From: an uncultured Candidatus Binatia bacterium
GTDB lineage: Bacteria; Desulfobacterota; Binatia; UBA9968; JAJDTQ01
Reading direction: 5' to 3'
DNA: 64,000 nt
Assembly: GCA_964291295.2 (NCBI GenBank)
Contig: OZ219754.1
Location: 1,056,001-1,120,000, forward strand
In this document: one piece after another, positions 47,069 through 56,411 of the stretch
How the letters are laid out: each line of letters begins with the position of its first letter
How positions within the stretch are numbered: the first letter of the stretch is position 1
The notes under the pieces: generated by a model
The model's input: the letters and a program-made list of their open reading frames with translations, nothing else
Told to the model about the DNA's origin: nothing
Database searches by the model: none
Position numbers and translations under genes: made by a program

Positions 47069-47112
47069 GAAGGGGAGGAAGGACGCCGGTCCTTCCCCCC
47101 CTTCTTCGTTCT
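47069..47112 (+). terminator. Hairpin between convergent groEL and aroE, probable terminator
   Basis: 16-bp stem with 1 mismatch (47069-47084/47089-47104), GCCG loop, pyrimidine tail. Confidence 0.6.
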
Positions 47113-47216
47113 CTCTCCCCCCCCTTCCTCATCCCCCTCGGACCTCCCGCACAAGTCGGCATGGCGCATGCCAAGTTCCCTTACCGTCTTCCTTCCCCTC
47201 CCGTGACGGCCGGCCG

Positions 47217-48107
47217 TCACCCGTAACCGAAGGCGCCGAGGGCGTTGAACATGACCGCCGTGTCCGGGTCGCGGCCGAACCAGGTGCGAAAGGACGCCGC
47301 GCCTTGGTGCACCAGCATGCCTATGCCTTCCACGGTCCGGCACCCGCGCTTCCGTGCTTCCCTGAGAAGCGCCGTCTCGCGAGGCTGATAGACGATGTCG
47401 CAGACGGCCTGATGCGGTTCCAGAAGCACGGGGTCCACGGGGCAGCCCGCGGTGTCCGGGACCATGCCCACCGACGTGCAGTTGATGATGAGGTCGGCTC
47501 CGTTCCCGAGATTGGCGAATTCCGCCAGCGGGCCTGAGCGGACCTGCGTGCCGGGCGCGCTTGCCGCGGCAATGGCCTGCGCAAACCGGCCGGCCTTGTG
47601 GGAGTCCCGGCCCAGCAGGGTGAGTTCCGGCAGGCGGAAGGTCTCCTGCCTGCCGCCGATTCCCGTGAAACGGCCTCGGGCCAGCACGAAAGCCAGCGCC
47701 CGGGCCGCGCCGCCGGTTCCCAGGATGGCAACGTGTCTGCCGTCCAGTTCGATGCCGGCCTGGCGCAGGTTCAGCATGGCGCCCGGGGCGTCGGTGGTGG
47801 TCCCCATGAGCCGCCCCCCCTCCCAGTAGAGGGTGTTGACGCTGCCGGTGAAACCGGACTCCTCGCTCAGCCCGTCGAGGTGCGTGATGACCGCCTGCTT
47901 GTGCGGAATGGTCACGTTGGCGCCCAGAAAGCCCAGGCCGCGCAGGCCGGCGACGACTTCCCCCAGTGCCTCGGGCGGGCAGGGCAGGGGCACGTAGCAC
48001 GCGTTCAGGCGCGCCGCCTCGATGGCGGCGTTGTGCATCACCGGCGACATGGAATGCGCCACCGGCCATCCCAGCACGCCCAGGAGCTTCGTGGTCCCGT
48101 CGATCAC
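47217..48107 (-). CDS. aroE: Shikimate dehydrogenase
   Basis: HSMSP, NVTIPHK, SVNT, GTGGAA, INCTSVGM. Confidence 0.96.
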   Translation of the reverse strand: MIDGTTKLLGVLGWPVAHSMSPVMHNAAIEAARLNACYVPLPCPPEALGEVVAGLRGLGFLGANVTIPHKQAVITHLDGLSEESGFTGSVNTLYWEGGRLMGTTTDAPGAMLNLRQAGIELDGRHVAILGTGGAARALAFVLARGRFTGIGGRQETFRLPELTLLGRDSHKAGRFAQAIAAASAPGTQVRSGPLAEFANLGNGADLIINCTSVGMVPDTAGCPVDPVLLEPHQAVCDIVYQPRETALLREARKRGCRTVEGIGMLVHQGAASFRTWFGRDPDTAVMFNALGAFGYG

Positions 48108-48925
48108 GGCGCCCCTTTCCCGCCGGGAGGGTTGGCGGCGGTTTCCCGCCCGGTCGGGCCGGACGGCAGCCTGAAAAGGGTGCGGGCGTTGCGGGTGCAG
48201 GCGTTGGCGAGCGCTTCGACGCCGACCCCCCGGACCCGGGCCAGGGTCTCGGCCACGAAGCGGACATGGGCGGGCTCGTTGCGTCGGCCCCGCAAGGGGA
48301 CCGGTGCCAGGAACGGCGCGTCGGTCTCCATGAGGAGGCGGTCCAGCGGCACCCAGCGGGCGATGTCCCGCAGCGCCCCGGCGTTCTTGAAGGTGACGAT
48401 GCCGGAGAACGACAGGTAGAATCCCAGGTCGAGGAATGTCCGCGCCGCGGCCGCGTCGCTGGTGAAGCAGTGGATCACCCCCGTCGGTCCTCCGCCGTTC
48501 CGAAGCGTCTCCGCCACCTCGCGGTCCGACTCGCGGTTGTGCACCACGATTGGCAGCCGCGTCTCCGCCGCCAGCGCCACGAAGCGCTCGAACAAGTCCC
48601 GTTGCACCTGGCGGGGCGAGTGGTCGTAGTGGAAGTCGAGGCCGGTCTCACCGATGGCCACCACATCCGGATGCGCGGCGAGGTTGCGCATCCGGTCCAT
48701 GTCCTCCGTGCTCACGTCCCTGGCGTCGTGCGGGTGCATTCCCACGGTGGCGTAGACGTCCGCGTGCGCCTCCGCCAACCGCACCGCCGCGTCGTTGCTG
48801 GAAAGATCCCCCGCACCGCCCACGACGATCAGGGTTTCGACGCCGGTCTCCCGCGCCCGGGCCAGCACTTCTTCGCGGTCGTCGTCGAATGCCGCGGTCT
48901 GTATGTGACAGTGGGTGTCGATCAT
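48104..48925 (-). CDS. tatD: TatD family deoxyribonuclease
   Basis: DTHCH, GMHPH, IGETGLD, HCF, ETDAP; start ATG 48925. Confidence 0.95.
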   Translation of the reverse strand: MIDTHCHIQTAAFDDDREEVLARARETGVETLIVVGGAGDLSSNDAAVRLAEAHADVYATVGMHPHDARDVSTEDMDRMRNLAAHPDVVAIGETGLDFHYDHSPRQVQRDLFERFVALAAETRLPIVVHNRESDREVAETLRNGGGPTGVIHCFTSDAAAARTFLDLGFYLSFSGIVTFKNAGALRDIARWVPLDRLLMETDAPFLAPVPLRGRRNEPAHVRFVAETLARVRGVGVEALANACTRNARTLFRLPSGPTGRETAANPPGGKGAP

Positions 48926-49085
48926 GGTTGCGGGCACCGGGTCGATGCGCGTCGTCCGCCGGAGCCGGCGCTTACGCCCCGGGTCGCCGCCGCGTGATTC
49001 CCGCTCCGGATACTGTTCGCCCCGGCGGGAATGGGGCCGCGCGGCGGGCGTGACAGCTGAGGGGAACGCCGCGCCTGTCCACCCG

Positions 49086-50633
49086 TCACTTTCCGTGGTC
49101 TTCCACCTCTTCGATCCGGGGGAAGAGCATTGCCGGCGGCCTGACCGGGTGGCCTTGGGGAAAGGAACCTCCCCACCCGGACCGCGTCGCCTCCTCGGCG
49201 GAGAGCCCCAGTAGGTTCCGGACCGCCCTGCCGGTCTCCGGCAGGAACGGTGCCAGCAGATCCCCGGTGACCCGCACGCACTCCAGCAGATGGTGCAGGA
49301 TCTCGCCCACCCGGGCCTTCCGGTGGGGATCCTTGACCAGGGTGAACGGTGCGGTCTGCACGATGTACTGGTTGGCCTTGTCCAGCGTCGCGAAGATCGA
49401 TTCGAGGGCGCGGTGAAAGGCCAGTTCCTCCATGTGCCGGTCCACATTGGCCGCCGCCTCGGTGAAGGCCTCCCTGAGCTCCCGATCCTCGGGCCGGCTG
49501 CCGTCGCCCAAGGGCTGGACCACACCGCCGAAGTAGCGCTGCTGCATGGCCAGCACGCGGCTCACCAAGTTGCCGAAATTGTTGGCCAGGTCGGCATTGA
49601 CCCGATTGATGAACGCCGCCATCGAGAAGGCGGCGTCCTGGCCGAACACCATTTCCCGCAGCAGGTAGTAGCGGAACGCGTCCATGCCGTAGCGTTCCTT
49701 CATGTCCAGCGGACGGATGACGTTGCCCAGGCTCTTGGACATCTTGCCGCTGTCCATGATCCAGTAGCCGTGGACGTTGAGCCGGTGGTAGAGGGGCAGG
49801 CCCGCGGCCATGAGCATGGTGGGCCAGTAGATGGCGTGGGGCTTGAGGATGTCCTTGGCGATGAGGTGGTTGCAGCCGGGCCAGTAGGCGTCGAAGCAGT
49901 CCGCGCCCTTGTGCTCCAGTGCGCTCACGTAGTTGATGAGCGCGTCGAACCACACGTACGTGACGTAGTCCCCGTCGAAGGGCAGCGGAATGCCCCACTG
50001 GAGCCGGCTCCGGGGCCGGGAGATGCACAGATCCTCCAATGGCTCCCGCAGGAACGACAGCACCTCCGTGCGATACCGCGGCGGCGTCACGAACCCCGGG
50101 TTCTTCTCCAGGTGCTCGACCAGCCGGTCCTGGTACCGGCTCATGCGGAAGAAATAGTTCTTCTCCTGGATGTACGCGGCCGTGGTCTGGTGGTCCGGAC
50201 ACTTGCCGTCCTGCAGCTCCTTCTCGGTGTAGAATCGCTCGCAGCCGTAGCAGTAGTATCCGCCGTACTCCCCGAAGTAGATGTCGCCGGCGTCGTGGAT
50301 GTGCTGGAGGATCCGGCGGACCGTGGCTTGGTGGTAGTCGTCGGTGGTACGGATGAAGTGGTCGTAGGCGATGCCGCAGGTGTCCCAGGTGGAACGGAAC
50401 AGGCCGCTGATGCGGTCCGCGTAGGCCTTGGGGTCGATGTTGTCCGCGGCCGCCGCCTGAACGATCTTGTCGCCGTGCTCGTCCGTGCCGGTGAGCAGGT
50501 ACGCATCCCTGCCGCGCGCACGGTGGTAGCGCTTCAGCGTGTCGGCGATGAGGGTGGTGTAGGTGTGGCCGAGATGCGGCTGGGCGTTCACATAGTAGAT
50601 CGGGGTGGTGAGGTATATGCGGTCCATGCGCAT
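49086..50633 (-). CDS. metG: Methionine--tRNA ligase (short form)
   Basis: HLGH, TGTDEHG, YVWFDAL, KMSKS. Confidence 0.98.
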   Translation of the reverse strand: MRMDRIYLTTPIYYVNAQPHLGHTYTTLIADTLKRYHRARGRDAYLLTGTDEHGDKIVQAAAADNIDPKAYADRISGLFRSTWDTCGIAYDHFIRTTDDYHQATVRRILQHIHDAGDIYFGEYGGYYCYGCERFYTEKELQDGKCPDHQTTAAYIQEKNYFFRMSRYQDRLVEHLEKNPGFVTPPRYRTEVLSFLREPLEDLCISRPRSRLQWGIPLPFDGDYVTYVWFDALINYVSALEHKGADCFDAYWPGCNHLIAKDILKPHAIYWPTMLMAAGLPLYHRLNVHGYWIMDSGKMSKSLGNVIRPLDMKERYGMDAFRYYLLREMVFGQDAAFSMAAFINRVNADLANNFGNLVSRVLAMQQRYFGGVVQPLGDGSRPEDRELREAFTEAAANVDRHMEELAFHRALESIFATLDKANQYIVQTAPFTLVKDPHRKARVGEILHHLLECVRVTGDLLAPFLPETGRAVRNLLGLSAEEATRSGWGGSFPQGHPVRPPAMLFPRIEEVEDHGK

Positions 50634-50637
50634 CCCT

Positions 50638-51624
50638 TCAACTCAACAGCATGGGAACAAGGCCCTCCAGGACCATGCGCCGGTTGCGGTTCCGGTGAAT
50701 GGCACTGGTGACATTGTCGATCTCGGACAGCGCCGCGGTCGTCTGCTCCAGGCTCCGGGCCGCCGCGGCACCCCGGATCTGCTCCAGCAGATCCCGGTTG
50801 CAGACCGTGGTGGCCGAGCCCGTGACCTGGAGCACCATGATGTCGCGCAGCCACCCCCGGACCCAGTCCAGGAATTTCAGTGTCTTCTCCCGGTCGCCGC
50901 CCATCTCCTCCGCCAGCGCCGTGATGCCGCGCATGTCGTCGGACGAAAGCGCCGCCAGCTTGCGAAGGCACTCCCGCCTGCGGTCAAGCAGCTCCGCCTC
51001 GTCGCCCTCGAGGGCGGTGCCGAGGCTGCCTTGGCTGAGGGCCGCCAGCAACAATGCGCGGTCTTCGGCGCAACCCTTGCGCCGGGCCACGACGGCGGCC
51101 ACCTGTTCCAGCGCCAGGGGGAGGAAATGGAGCCGGAGGCAGCGGGACAGCACCGTCGGCAGGACCCCCCCGGTGCTCTCGGCGATGAGGATCAGCAGGG
51201 CATCCGCCGGAGGTTCCTCCAGGGTCTTGAGGAGCGCATTCTGCGCGTGCAGATTCATGAGCGTCAGCGGGTCGATGACGGCGATCTTCTTCCTCCCGGT
51301 GAAGCGGCGCAGCACCAGTTGCCGCTGCAGCGCCCGCACCTGCTCGATGGTGAGGTCGCGCTTGCCCTTGCGCGGTTGGAGCCAGTGGACGTCCGGGTGG
51401 TTCCCGCCGCGAATGCACAGGCAGCTCGGACACTCGCCGCAGGCGTCGCCATCCGCGCTCCCGCACTGGATGGCGGCCGCCAGGGCGGTGGCCACGGTGC
51501 GCTTGCCCGTGCCTTCCGGCCCGGCAAATAGCCAGGCGTGGTGCAGGCGGTCGCGGCGGACCGCCCGCCGCAGCAGTTCGATCCGGCCCTGGTGGCCGAT
51601 GATGTCACGGAACCGCAGCATCAC
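50638..51624 (-). CDS. holB: DNA polymerase III subunit delta'
   Basis: GPEGTGK, CGECPSC, HPD, NALLKTLEEP, SRC; follows tmk. Confidence 0.95.
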   Translation of the reverse strand: MMLRFRDIIGHQGRIELLRRAVRRDRLHHAWLFAGPEGTGKRTVATALAAAIQCGSADGDACGECPSCLCIRGGNHPDVHWLQPRKGKRDLTIEQVRALQRQLVLRRFTGRKKIAVIDPLTLMNLHAQNALLKTLEEPPADALLILIAESTGGVLPTVLSRCLRLHFLPLALEQVAAVVARRKGCAEDRALLLAALSQGSLGTALEGDEAELLDRRRECLRKLAALSSDDMRGITALAEEMGGDREKTLKFLDWVRGWLRDIMVLQVTGSATTVCNRDLLEQIRGAAAARSLEQTTAALSEIDNVTSAIHRNRNRRMVLEGLVPMLLS

Positions 51625-52301
51625 GTCTCCGTCGCCGCGATGCGGCCGCTCTGGCGGCTGGTCTGGTTCGAGAGGAGCCGTTGGTCGATGATCCGCCGCA
51701 GCTTCTCCTGAATGGCCATCACCGGGCCGTCCGCCGGCACCACCACGCAGCGGGAGGGTTCGGCCTCGGCCAGCGCCAGGAACCCCTCGCGCACCCGGCG
51801 TTGAAAGACCACCCCTTCAGCCTCGAACCGGTTCAGGCGCGCGGCCTGGCTTTTCTGCCGGTTGGCCGCCCGGGCCAGCGCCGCCTCCACCGGGCAGTCC
51901 AGGATCAGGGTGAGCGCCGGCATGGTGCCGCCGGTGGCCACGAGATTCAGACGGCGCAGCAGTGCCAGGTCCATGCCGCGGCCGTAGCCTTGGTACGCCA
52001 GCGTCGAATCCACGAAGCGGTCCGACACCACCAGCCTGCCCTGTTCCAGGGCGGGTCTGACGACCTCGAGAACGTGCTGTGCCCGGTCCGCCAGGATCAG
52101 GAACAGCTCGGTCTCGTCCGAAAGGGACTCGGGCCGGCCCTCGAGGAGGAGCTTGCGGAGTTGTTTCCCGAGCCGGGTGCCCCCCGGCTCGTGGGTCCGC
52201 AGCCGGGGCACGCCGCGAGCGCCCAGATATTCGTCGAGCAGTGCGGCCTGCCGCGATTTTCCCGATCCGTCACACCCTTCGATGGTCACGAAACGCAGCA
52301 T
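51621..52301 (-). CDS. tmk: Thymidylate kinase
   Basis: EGCDGSGKS, EPGGT, DRFVDSTLAYQG; start ATG 52301. Confidence 0.96.
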   Translation of the reverse strand: MLRFVTIEGCDGSGKSRQAALLDEYLGARGVPRLRTHEPGGTRLGKQLRKLLLEGRPESLSDETELFLILADRAQHVLEVVRPALEQGRLVVSDRFVDSTLAYQGYGRGMDLALLRRLNLVATGGTMPALTLILDCPVEAALARAANRQKSQAARLNRFEAEGVVFQRRVREGFLALAEAEPSRCVVVPADGPVMAIQEKLRRIIDQRLLSNQTSRQSGRIAATET

Positions 52302-52403
52302 CCCACGCCTTCCCGGACAGTATTGCACAAGAAGGAGAGGGCTGCCCAACCGGCGGACGGCGGCGCGGCGGGCGCGCCCGTCCGGCCATGCGGAAGCCGG
52401 TTC

Positions 52404-52481
52404 CGATACGGCAGGTCGATACGGCAGGTCGATACGGCAGGTCGATACAGCGGGTCGATATGGCAGGTCGATATGGCAGGG
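52404..52481. repeat. 13-bp tandem repeat x6 (CGATAYGGCAGGT) enclosed by an inverted repeat
   Basis: Read directly; GCCGGTTCCG 52396-52405 pairs with CGGAACCGGC 52497-52506. Confidence 0.95.
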
Positions 52482-52585
52482 TCAGGTCGGGTCCGCCGGA
52501 ACCGGCCTGCATGGAAGCCCCGTCAACGGGAAGTACGGCGCCGCAGTCCCGCTCTCTGCCAGAACGACGGTTTCGGCGCTTGCGG

Positions 52586-53191
52586 TCACGGGCCCAGATT
52601 GGCGGGCGTCACCACCGAGCGCAGGGTGTGCGTGCGGTAGCCGTCGTTCCTCGGGTAGCGCGGGTCCCGCCGGCCCGTTCTCGTGGTCACGCTGATCCGC
52701 AGTTGTCGTATCCGGTTTGCCACCGCCGTGACGTTGCCGGCGGCGTCGAGGTATTCCACGGTGAAGCCTTCCACGTCCTCGGCCAGGGGCTGTCCGCCGC
52801 CGCCCGTGTCGCGCCGGAGCATCCGGCGGTCCGGGTCGTGAAAGTAGACGACGCGTTCGTTGGCGTCCGCCAGGTCGCCGTCACCGTTGTGATCCGCGAA
52901 GAGGATCAGACGCGCCGGGTCGTAGGTCAGCCCGACCACGCCCGCCTGTACCGGGTCGTACCCGGCGGCGCGCGCCTCCCGGATCACCGTGGTCATGGCT
53001 GCCCGGGCATTCTGTTGCATGGCGCCCACCTGTTCCTGCAGGGCGTAGGTGGTGAGTTGTCCGGTAAAGCTGGTGGCCACCGCCGCCAGCAGTATTCCCT
53101 GGATCGCCAGGACCACGAGCAGTTCGATGAGGGTGAATCCCCGGCCGCCGCCCCCGGCTGCCGGCCCGGGGCCGCACGGCCGCGGCGTCAC
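52586..53191 (-). CDS. PilW-like type IV minor pilin
   Basis: Prepilin motif RG|FTLIELLV, QNARAAM...IREARAAG; GTGA coupling to the upstream gene. Confidence 0.85.
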   Translation of the reverse strand: MTPRPCGPGPAAGGGGRGFTLIELLVVLAIQGILLAAVATSFTGQLTTYALQEQVGAMQQNARAAMTTVIREARAAGYDPVQAGVVGLTYDPARLILFADHNGDGDLADANERVVYFHDPDRRMLRRDTGGGGQPLAEDVEGFTVEYLDAAGNVTAVANRIRQLRISVTTRTGRRDPRYPRNDGYRTHTLRSVVTPANLGP

Positions 53192-53577
53192 CGGTCCACC
53201 AGGGTCCGGAGGACCGCCGCGCGCGCGTCCCGGGACCGGTACACCGTTACGGTGACGGTGTTCAGGCCGGCCTCCGGCACGTCTTGCCGAACCTCGGTGA
53301 CGCGCTTGTAGCGGGAAAATCCCGGCATCGAACCATAGTTCTCCGTGGTGACGGCCATGCCTCCCGAGCCGCGCCCCTTGACGGTCTCGATCCGGTCCTG
53401 GGCCAGCAGGGTGGCGACGCCGCGGTCGCGGCTCCTCAGGTTTCCCTCGATGACGCCGATGGTGAGTCGCCCCAGGCCCAGCAGTCCGGTGGACAGGATC
53501 AGCATCGCCACCAGCAGTTCGATCATGGAAAAGCCCCGGCAGGACAGGCGGTGCCGCTCCATCGTCCATCCGTTCAC
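53188..53577 (-). CDS. PilV-like type IV minor pilin
   Basis: RG|FSMIELLVAMLILSTGLLGL; start may be 53577 (GTG) or 53562 (ATG). Confidence 0.85.
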   Translation of the reverse strand: MNGWTMERHRLSCRGFSMIELLVAMLILSTGLLGLGRLTIGVIEGNLRSRDRGVATLLAQDRIETVKGRGSGGMAVTTENYGSMPGFSRYKRVTEVRQDVPEAGLNTVTVTVYRSRDARAAVLRTLVDR

Positions 53578-54041
53578 CGGACCCGCACGCGGCCGGCGAT
53601 GCTGATGCTGATGCGTTTCGCCCCGCCGGCGTTGGTCAGCGTGATGGTGGCGAGATTGCTGGCGGTGCCCCGGGGACTGAAGATCGGGTTGTTGGTGGAA
53701 CGCATCGCCACGTCCCCATAGTCCTCCCGCAGGTCTCTGGTGACGGTCCATTCTCCGGGGTCCACGGCGCCGTCGTTGTCGGTATCGTCGAGGAGCCGGT
53801 ACTGATGGTCGTTCAGGAAGAAGATCCGGTGCCGGTTGTTGCGCTGGATGGCCTTCATGCGAGCCCACATGAGGTCCCCCGTCAGTTGCCGCACCGCGCC
53901 GTTGAGGCGATGCCTGGGCAGAACCTTCAGATAGCCCGGCACTGCGATGGCGATCATGATTCCGGCCAAGGCCAGGGTGATCAGTTGACCCAGCAACGAG
54001 AAGCCGGCGGTCTGGCGGAGTGCTCCCGGCATCGGCGTCAT
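53574..54041 (-). CDS. FimT/GspH-like pseudopilin
   Basis: AG|FSLLGQL..AVP, ARMKAI, FSPRG, GRVR C-terminus. Confidence 0.82.
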   Translation of the reverse strand: MTPMPGALRQTAGFSLLGQLITLALAGIMIAIAVPGYLKVLPRHRLNGAVRQLTGDLMWARMKAIQRNNRHRIFFLNDHQYRLLDDTDNDGAVDPGEWTVTRDLREDYGDVAMRSTNNPIFSPRGTASNLATITLTNAGGAKRISISIAGRVRVR

Positions 54042-54874
54042 CCTGCGCGGGACAGGTGAAACAGTGCGCCCATGCATAGAAAAGGGGCAAACGGCAAGGG
54101 CGTGGTGAGCGAGACTTCCTCCCTGAAGACCATGAGACCGACGCCCCAGAGGGTTCCGGCGAGGGCGCTCGAGAACAGGATGGCGGGCACGGCTTCCCAG
54201 CCGGCGAAGGCGCCGATCATTGCCAACAGCTTGATGTCGCCGCCGCCCACGCCGTCCCGGCCCGTCACGGCGCGGTAGCCCCTGGCGGTGCCCAGGAGCA
54301 GGCCTGCGCCCGACAGCAGGCCCAGGAGGGAGCCGAGCGGCGACGGCCAGTGCTGGATCGACAGGGCCGGGGCGCACCACGACAGGGCGAGGGCGCAGAC
54401 CGTGCCCCATGCGCTGATGACATCCGGGATGAGGCCCGTTTCGAAGTCGATGACGGCCGCCGCCAGCAGCGCGCCGGCGAAGGTCAGCCGGACGACCAGG
54501 GAAAGGCCGAGGCCGAATCGGCGGGTCCATGCCAGCGTCAGTGCGGCGGTGCAAAGCTCCACCAGGAAATAGCGCGGGGGAATGCGGACGCCGCACTGGC
54601 CGCAGCGGGCGCGCAGCAGCAGGTAGCCCGCCAGGGGCACCAAGGCCCGGAGCGGTATCGGCCTGTTGCATGAGCGGCAGTGCGACGCGGGTACGAGCAC
54701 CGACTCGCCCACCGGCAGTCGGGTGATGCAGAGGTTCAGGAAGCTGCCAAGACAGGCTCCGAGAACCAGGGACAGAATATCGAAGGACAGACAGTCGAAG
54801 GGCGGGATTTCAAAGGACGGTTGTTCAAGGAACAGCAGCTTCTGTGCGGGTCCCGGTGCCGAGTTTCCGACCAT
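54038..54874 (-). CDS. pilD: Prepilin peptidase (A24)
   Basis: GSFLN, SHCRSC and CGQC zinc motifs, catalytic ID and GGGDIK, PFAPFL. Confidence 0.93.
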   Translation of the reverse strand: MVGNSAPGPAQKLLFLEQPSFEIPPFDCLSFDILSLVLGACLGSFLNLCITRLPVGESVLVPASHCRSCNRPIPLRALVPLAGYLLLRARCGQCGVRIPPRYFLVELCTAALTLAWTRRFGLGLSLVVRLTFAGALLAAAVIDFETGLIPDVISAWGTVCALALSWCAPALSIQHWPSPLGSLLGLLSGAGLLLGTARGYRAVTGRDGVGGGDIKLLAMIGAFAGWEAVPAILFSSALAGTLWGVGLMVFREEVSLTTPLPFAPFLCMGALFHLSRAG

Positions 54875-54922
54875 GCGGGAATAGTCGGCACCGGACCGTC
54901 AAACCGTAGAGTCCAGCAGTCG

Positions 54923-55174
54923 GTGCCGCGGAAGATTTTTGTGGGACAAAGATCCGCCAGAGTCCGGATGGGTGCAGGATGGGTGCGGGATTGTTGCGGA
55001 ATGGGCGTCGAATTCGCTCCCGATAATGGGACAAGGGCGGGGACTTCCGGCATTCCGGGCCAAGGAACGCGCAAGAGTCCGCGGGAAGGACCGCGTGGGA
55101 AGATTCGAGCAAAAGTCCGGGCGAAGGACCTCACATGGCCCCTGCCGGCCACCTGCCGAAGCGTCCCGCGGCGC
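54923..55174 (+). mobile_element. MITE-like element copy B
   Basis: Ends GTGCCGCGGAA / TCCCGCGGCGC; internal blocks align with 17125-17266 and with 56412-56603 (minus strand). Confidence 0.6.
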
Positions 55175-55180
55175 GGGCTG

Positions 55181-55993
55181 TCAGTCGGCCAGCATCTCTT
55201 TCTGCATCGGCGTCAGCGCATTGGCGCATCCCGTCATGCTGTTGCGGGTAACCAGCCCGGCCAGTTGCTCCTCGCTCCAACCCTCGGTTCCCTCCGGACG
55301 CCGGGGCACCACCAAGTAGCGGGTTTCGGCGGTGCTGTCCACCACCCGCACCTCGACAGACTCGGGCAGCTCCAGCCCCATCTCCTTCAGCACCCTGCGG
55401 GGGTCCACCACCACCCGGGTGCGGTAGTTGGTGCTCTTGTACCAGTCCGGGGGTTGGCCCAGCAGTTGCCGGGGGTAGCAGGAGCAGAGCGTGCACACCA
55501 CCACATGGTGCACCGATTCGGTGTTCTCCACCGCGATGAGCTGGTTGGCCGTGGACATGTCGATGCCCAGTTCACCGGCGGCGGCGATGCCGTCCTCGAA
55601 CAGACGCTTCCTGTACTCCGGGTCGGTCCAGGCCCGGGCCACCACCCGCGAGCCCTGATGCCACGAGACCGCATCGTTCTCGTCGATCTTGCGCCGCACC
55701 TCGTCGGTGCTGACGATGCCCTTTTCCCGCAACAGGTTGCCCAAGGCCAGCATCTGCTTCTCGAACGGCGTGTACACGTGTTCCCGCATGTCGATGGGGT
55801 TGTTGGCATGAAGCTGCTCGAACACGTCGTCGTGACTGTGGTCGTGGCCGTGCTTGACCTGCCGCACCTCGTCGGTGTTCAGCACCCCCCTCTCCTTCAG
55901 CAGGTCCGCTGTCGCGCGGGCGCGCCGTTCGAAATATCCCGGCCCCTGGTCCGTTGCCGGCTCGGTGTGTTCCTGCTGCGGTTCCCTGGCCAT
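55181..55993 (-). CDS. Cobalt-type nitrile hydratase alpha / thiocyanate hydrolase gamma-like subunit with N-terminal extension
   Basis: VCTLCSCYP metal motif, VVARAWTDP, RYLVVPRRPEGTEGW; SD before ATG 55993. Confidence 0.92.
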   Translation of the reverse strand: MAREPQQEHTEPATDQGPGYFERRARATADLLKERGVLNTDEVRQVKHGHDHSHDDVFEQLHANNPIDMREHVYTPFEKQMLALGNLLREKGIVSTDEVRRKIDENDAVSWHQGSRVVARAWTDPEYRKRLFEDGIAAAGELGIDMSTANQLIAVENTESVHHVVVCTLCSCYPRQLLGQPPDWYKSTNYRTRVVVDPRRVLKEMGLELPESVEVRVVDSTAETRYLVVPRRPEGTEGWSEEQLAGLVTRNSMTGCANALTPMQKEMLAD

Positions 55994-56015
55994 GAAGTCC
56001 CCCCTTGAAGCGCAT

Positions 56016-56306
56016 TCAGCGCGGTTCCAGCCACTGCTCGAAAATGTCCGCGTAGATCCTGTTGACACCTTCGGGTGCAGGCCGATCGTCCCACACGTGG
56101 GCCAGGTCGAACTCGATGGAGTACAGATTGGCCATGGGCAGACCGTCCTGGCCGAAGGAGAGCAATTCCGGATCCCGGAAGCGACCGCGGATATCCGCCA
56201 CCACGCCGCTCTTGCCCCTGAGATACTGGGGCGAGCGAACGTGGTGCCCCAAGGTCAACGTATCCCGGACTCGTACCGGATCGCCCGGCTTGTAGCGAAA
56301 ACTCAT
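56016..56306 (-). CDS. Nitrile hydratase beta C-terminal (SH3-like) domain / thiocyanate hydrolase alpha-like subunit
   Basis: GDPVRV, HVRSPQYLRGKSG, LYSIEF..VW, DIFEQWLEP. Confidence 0.88.
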   Translation of the reverse strand: MSFRYKPGDPVRVRDTLTLGHHVRSPQYLRGKSGVVADIRGRFRDPELLSFGQDGLPMANLYSIEFDLAHVWDDRPAPEGVNRIYADIFEQWLEPR

Positions 56307-56312
56307 CCCGGC

Positions 56313-56341
56313 AGTCTCATGCGTGACGAGGCGATTGTCAA
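56313..56341 (-). promoter_or_regulatory. Putative leaderless sigma70 promoter of the hydratase pair
   Basis: TTGACA-N17-GAGACT, 6 nt before ATG 56306. Confidence 0.5.
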
Positions 56342-56411
56342 GAACGTTCCAACGATACTGCCTGCGCGGAGTGCCGGAACCTCCGTGACGGTCCCCGGTC
56401 GCGCCTGCGCC

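Noticed and set aside
52404-52481. Tandem arrays as CRISPR
   Set aside because: Units are 12-14 bp with no unique spacers and no cas genes.
54875-54960. Sigma54 promoter for pilD
   Set aside because: The GG and GC dinucleotides do not have the required 10-nt spacing.
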